Origin: Promethearchaeota archaeon
GTDB lineage: Archaea; Asgardarchaeota; Lokiarchaeia; Sigyniarchaeales; SOKP01
Reading direction: 5' to 3'
DNA length: 40,407 nt
Assembly (NCBI GenBank): GCA_018238625.1
Contig: JABCSY010000029.1
Span: forward strand, 1 to 40,407
In this document: positions 37,091 through 40,407 of the stretch, piece by piece
How positions within the stretch are numbered: position 1 is the first letter of the stretch
How the letters are laid out: each line of letters starts with the position of its first letter
The notes under the pieces: generated by a model
Databases searched by the model: none
Told to the model about the DNA's origin: nothing
The model's input: the letters and a program-made list of their open reading frames with translations, nothing else
Program-made: the position numbers and the translations under genes

Positions 37091-37199
37091 ATTTTACACC
37101 CTCAAATTATTTTATAATTAAATTAATTAATTGGATTACTTAAAAAATTATTTAAAAGCAAAGTATTTAGATCCTAAAGAGAGAAAAACATTGAATATA

Positions 37200-37505
37200 C
37201 TACCCTTTTAATATTCTTGGCGCTTTAAAATGACCGTCCTTAGTATGCTTAGCGTTTTTTAACGCTTCTTCGTTTGAAAGCGATTCCCACGGGACATCTT
37301 CTCTAAACACATTTTTTAGACCCTCGATGGGGTGCGTCATGGGTTCTACATTTGAAGTATCTAAATCGTTTAACTTTTTGAAATAGTTAAGTATATCTCC
37401 TAATTGTTTAGAAAATTTCTCTTTCTCTTCTTCGCTTAAATCTAATAAAGCTAACTTAGATACGTGTTCCAACGTTTCTTTTGAGAAATCTTCCTTTTTT
37501 GACAT
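37200..37505 (-). CDS. gatC: Asp/Glu-tRNA amidotransferase subunit C
   Basis: HVSKLALL, LDTSNVEP, NVFRED, ALKNA and FKAPRIL motifs. Confidence 0.95.
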   Translation of the reverse strand: MSKKEDFSKETLEHVSKLALLDLSEEEKEKFSKQLGDILNYFKKLNDLDTSNVEPMTHPIEGLKNVFREDVPWESLSNEEALKNAKHTKDGHFKAPRILKG

Positions 37506-37664
37506 ATTTAGCTCAATAACGAAATTAAATTCTTCAGAAATTGTAATATCTGATTGTAATTAATCTTAATCACCTTAAATAATTATTTTAAAGCTCGTCG
37601 TTATAAATGAATTTCTATAAACGATAACAAAAAGAGTTAATTACTTAATACTTTTTTATTAAAT

Positions 37665-38027
37665 ATGACCGATAAAGCCGATAAAGAAGACCTAAGATAC
37701 GAAATTCCTACTCACGCTTTTATTGCCCTTGCTCGAAGGGGCATGGAAAAGATCTCTTTAGATCAATGTTTTCTAAAGAATTGCGATAATAGCGACCCAG
37801 AATTATTAGAACCGTTTAAGAAAGAAGAATTTGAGGACAATCAGAAGCATGTTAAGAAAATTTACGTTAAGTGTAAAAAATGTAATGGGATTTTTATTTT
37901 AAAATTGGAAACCATTAAACATGTAGCTAAATCTACTAAAGAAAAAAACCAAGAACCTCTTTCTATGGGGATAGTATACGCGTTAGACGAAGACGGTAAT
38001 AATTTAGGACATTTAGGTTATTTTTAA
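37665..38027 (+). CDS. Hypothetical protein, probable Zn-binding (CFLKNC...CKKC)
   Basis: Four Cys in two pairs; abuts the HAD gene. Confidence 0.7.
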   Translation: MTDKADKEDLRYEIPTHAFIALARRGMEKISLDQCFLKNCDNSDPELLEPFKKEEFEDNQKHVKKIYVKCKKCNGIFILKLETIKHVAKSTKEKNQEPLSMGIVYALDEDGNNLGHLGYF

Positions 38028-38028
38028 C

Positions 38029-38715
38029 ATGAAGTATAATTACTTTTTATTTGATTTGGACAATTGTCTTCTTTATATTCCTAATTCTAAGGATTATTTT
38101 GATAATATTTTGTTGGAAACTCTTAAACAAGGCTCAACTAAACAGATTCCAGAGAGGAGCGAGAGAAATAAATTCTGGTTTTCTGGTAATAATTACATAG
38201 ATTACTTAAAAAAGTGGGGAACAAATAATATTCGCGATTTTTGGAAATGTTTTGATGAAATTGACTTTGAATATAGAAAAATTCTCGTTCAAAAAAACGA
38301 AATCTTACTTTTTGACGATGTTAAAAGCGTTTTAGAAGAGATTTATGATGCAAACAAGAAATTAGCAATAGTATCGAACTCAGCAGATTACATTGTTGAT
38401 TTCATAGTAAAGAAATTAAATATCAATAAATATTTCCATTATTTCTTTGGTTTGTCGTTTGACAAGGACCAATCGATTGCTAAACCATCGCCTTTAGGTG
38501 TTCTGTCAGTTTTAGAAAAATTAAAATACGACCCAAAAAAAGAGAAAGCCATTATGATTGGTGATTCGATTGTAGATGTTTACGCTGCAAAAAAAGCAAA
38601 TGTCTCGGCATGTTTAATAAGGAGAGATAAAAATAAGTATCCCGATGGCTATGGTGCTTGGGAATACAACCCTGATTTTGTTATTGAGCAATTAAACGAA
38701 ATACTCAACTTCTAA
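38029..38715 (+). CDS. HAD-superfamily hydrolase (phosphoglycolate phosphatase-like)
   Basis: FDLDNCL, VSNS, KPSP and IGDSIVD motifs. Confidence 0.92.
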   Translation: MKYNYFLFDLDNCLLYIPNSKDYFDNILLETLKQGSTKQIPERSERNKFWFSGNNYIDYLKKWGTNNIRDFWKCFDEIDFEYRKILVQKNEILLFDDVKSVLEEIYDANKKLAIVSNSADYIVDFIVKKLNINKYFHYFFGLSFDKDQSIAKPSPLGVLSVLEKLKYDPKKEKAIMIGDSIVDVYAAKKANVSACLIRRDKNKYPDGYGAWEYNPDFVIEQLNEILNF

Positions 38716-38829
38716 TTACATTAAAATTTTTGTAAATATACGAGCGCAACTCAAAATAAATCTTTCATTAACTTGATTTATATATATATATTTAATAGTG
38801 TGAAATTAAATTTAGTCTAATAGAGAACA

Positions 38830-39498
38830 ATGTCTGAAATTAACGATATTTTAAATCTTAATGAAGAAATCTTGTGGAAAAGAACTAAAGTAAAAAATCT
38901 GGTGTTAATTTATCCAGCTTATATTATAATGATCTTTGTTACTATTTTTTTAATATGGGGTCTTTTTTACCCAGGAATAATAGCTTTGACAAAAAACTCG
39001 ATGTTTGTTGGATACTTCTTAATAATATCTGGAATAGTTCTTCAGTTTTTTCTTATATTTTCAATGATTTTTATTTTTAGAAAAGCCCACAATAGATATA
39101 GAAAAATCTTAAAAGTTTCTAATGAGGAGTTAAAAGAATATAAAATAATTAACCTCCTTTCAAACCGAAGAGTTATCATAAAAGACATTCAAGGTCAAAG
39201 ATTTAGGAAAAAATGCGTTAAGAAATATTCGATTCCAAACATAGAATTTGATAAGGATTACCTTTTTTTAAATTTAAAAAGCGTCGAAGCGATTTTGTTT
39301 GATAAAACTTGTCATCAGATCGGATTTTCATTGGATAAAACAGAAAATATGTCCTTAATATATTTTGATTTTCATTATCCTAGAAGTGAAAGAGATTTAG
39401 AAATGAAGGAAGTTATGGAAACTCTAAATGAGAATTTCGTATTAGAAAAATATTTTGAAAATAAATATCTAATCAAATATCATTTTAGTCTAAAATAA
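38830..39498 (+). CDS. Two-TM membrane protein, possible PH-like C-terminal domain
   Basis: LNLNEEILW, two TM helices, LSNRRVII. Confidence 0.65.
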   Translation: MSEINDILNLNEEILWKRTKVKNLVLIYPAYIIMIFVTIFLIWGLFYPGIIALTKNSMFVGYFLIISGIVLQFFLIFSMIFIFRKAHNRYRKILKVSNEELKEYKIINLLSNRRVIIKDIQGQRFRKKCVKKYSIPNIEFDKDYLFLNLKSVEAILFDKTCHQIGFSLDKTENMSLIYFDFHYPRSERDLEMKEVMETLNENFVLEKYFENKYLIKYHFSLK

Positions 39499-39683
39499 TT
39501 TGATGAAGTTTATTGTATTATAAGAAGATTCGCTGACATGTGGCAAATTTTTTTAATTATAAATTATGTATGATATTTTAAGGAGACTTCTAACAACTTT
39601 AAAATTCTGGTAAATAGATTAAGTGTTCTTATTTATGAAAAAATACTAATTTATATATTAACAAACTGATTTTTCTTTAATTA

Positions 39684-39881
39684 ATGGAAAATATCATGGC
39701 AACTCAAAAGGAAAAGATCATACAAATGATAAAAAACCTTCCTGATGATATAAGTTTGGAAGATATCATCGAAGCAATATATGTAAGACAAAAAATTGAG
39801 AAGGGATTAAAAGATTCGAAGGAAGGAAATTTATATACACACGAAGAAGCTAAAGAACGCTTAGAAAAATGGTTAAAATAA
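39684..39881 (+). CDS. Antitoxin of a RelE/ParE pair
   Basis: LPDDISLEDII...KIEKGLKDSKEG..YTHEEAK; overlaps the toxin start. Start may be ATG 39696. Confidence 0.85.
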   Translation: MENIMATQKEKIIQMIKNLPDDISLEDIIEAIYVRQKIEKGLKDSKEGNLYTHEEAKERLEKWLK

Positions 39882-40153
39882 AATGGACTAAGCATGCCCT
39901 TGAAGAATTGGATGATATTGCAAATTATATCTCAATAGATTCGCCAAAATACGCTCAAATTTTAGTAAAACAAATTTATGAAATGGTGAGTCATCTAAAG
40001 CAATTTCCCAAACTTGGTAGGAGAGTTCCTGAATACGGGGATCCAGAATTAAGAGAGATTCTTTATAAAACCTATCGTATTATTTATTTAGTCAAGAAGG
40101 AGCATCTTGAAATTATTTCTATTATACATGGAAGCCGAAAACTAAACCTTTAA
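39869..40153 (+). CDS. Type II toxin, RelE/ParE family
   Basis: IKWTKHALEELDDIANYI, FPKLGRRVPE, REI, YRIIY and IIHGSR motifs. Confidence 0.92.
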   Translation: MVKIKWTKHALEELDDIANYISIDSPKYAQILVKQIYEMVSHLKQFPKLGRRVPEYGDPELREILYKTYRIIYLVKKEHLEIISIIHGSRKLNL

Positions 40154-40266
40154 ATTCTTTTAGTCTAATTGCGTTAAATTAATGGAATAATAGATTTTAA
40201 ATGGTTAAAATTAAATAAATGAACTGATTTTTATTTAATATTATAAATCCTACGAGAATTCCCCAG

Positions 40267-40407
40267 ATGTCGACAAAAATAGCAGAAGAAGAGTTATTAA
40301 GGAAGAAAGTATGGAAAATAATCAATATTACGCAAGCCAACCAATTATTTGTCCATTCAAAGAATTTAGAAATAAAATACTTTAATGAAGATACTCAAAA
40401 AGTAAAC
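40267..40407 (+). CDS. Hypothetical protein, 3'-truncated by window edge (MSTKIAEEELLRKKVWKII...)
   Basis: 47 open codons from the ATG to the window end. Confidence 0.6.
   Translation, partial: MSTKIAEEELLRKKVWKIINITQANQLFVHSKNLEIKYFNEDTQKVN

Noticed and set aside
38779-38790. (TA)6 tract
   Set aside because: Expected in AT-rich DNA; most likely part of a TATA region.
182-39895. Other short overlapping ORFs in the track (e.g. 182-367, 893-1156, 1311-1514, 1987-2181, 3574-3873, 5820-6077, 14458-14691, 15233-15691, 18624-18929, 21377-22479, 26235-26423, 30102-30326, 34411-34647, 39704-39895)
   Set aside because: They lie antisense or out of frame within well-supported genes and have no motifs of their own.
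1-40407. CRISPR array, rRNA or cas genes
   Set aside because: No regularly spaced repeats or rRNA-like GC-rich segments seen; TnpB is the only Cas12-related gene.

Overview
AT-rich archaeal chromosomal segment, most consistent with an Asgard archaeon (Lokiarchaeia/Promethearchaeota). This is an inference from DUF2070, PAC2, an intron-containing tRNA, a multi-PAS kinase, tandem bacterial-type thiolases and zinc-ribbon-tailed membrane proteins. The window opens with the 3' end of an IS200/IS605 tnpB and its right end/omegaRNA. Housekeeping and metabolic genes follow: FadH-like reductase, rpe-rpiA-purE, two thiolases, ADP-forming acyl-CoA synthetase alpha subunit, dut and gatC. An accessory island at about 13.0-17.5 kb holds a virus/plasmid-like chain of tiny overlapping ORFs and an RHH-wHTH plus tyrosine-integrase pair, and a RelE/ParE toxin-antitoxin pair lies near the end. 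Most notable: (1) a 1318-aa membrane-anchored subtilase whose post-catalytic domains resemble eukaryotic Site-1 protease (MBTPS1/SKI-1); (2) a tRNA-Ala(GGC) with two non-canonical introns; (3) an unannotated dodecin that apparently starts at ATT; (4) a compact multi-hairpin RNA structure at 9421-9492; (5) an MFS transporter with a ~290-aa helical tail; (6) a eukaryote-like RpiA; (7) a thiolase duplication scar. All homology statements come from motif recognition by eye, not database searches.
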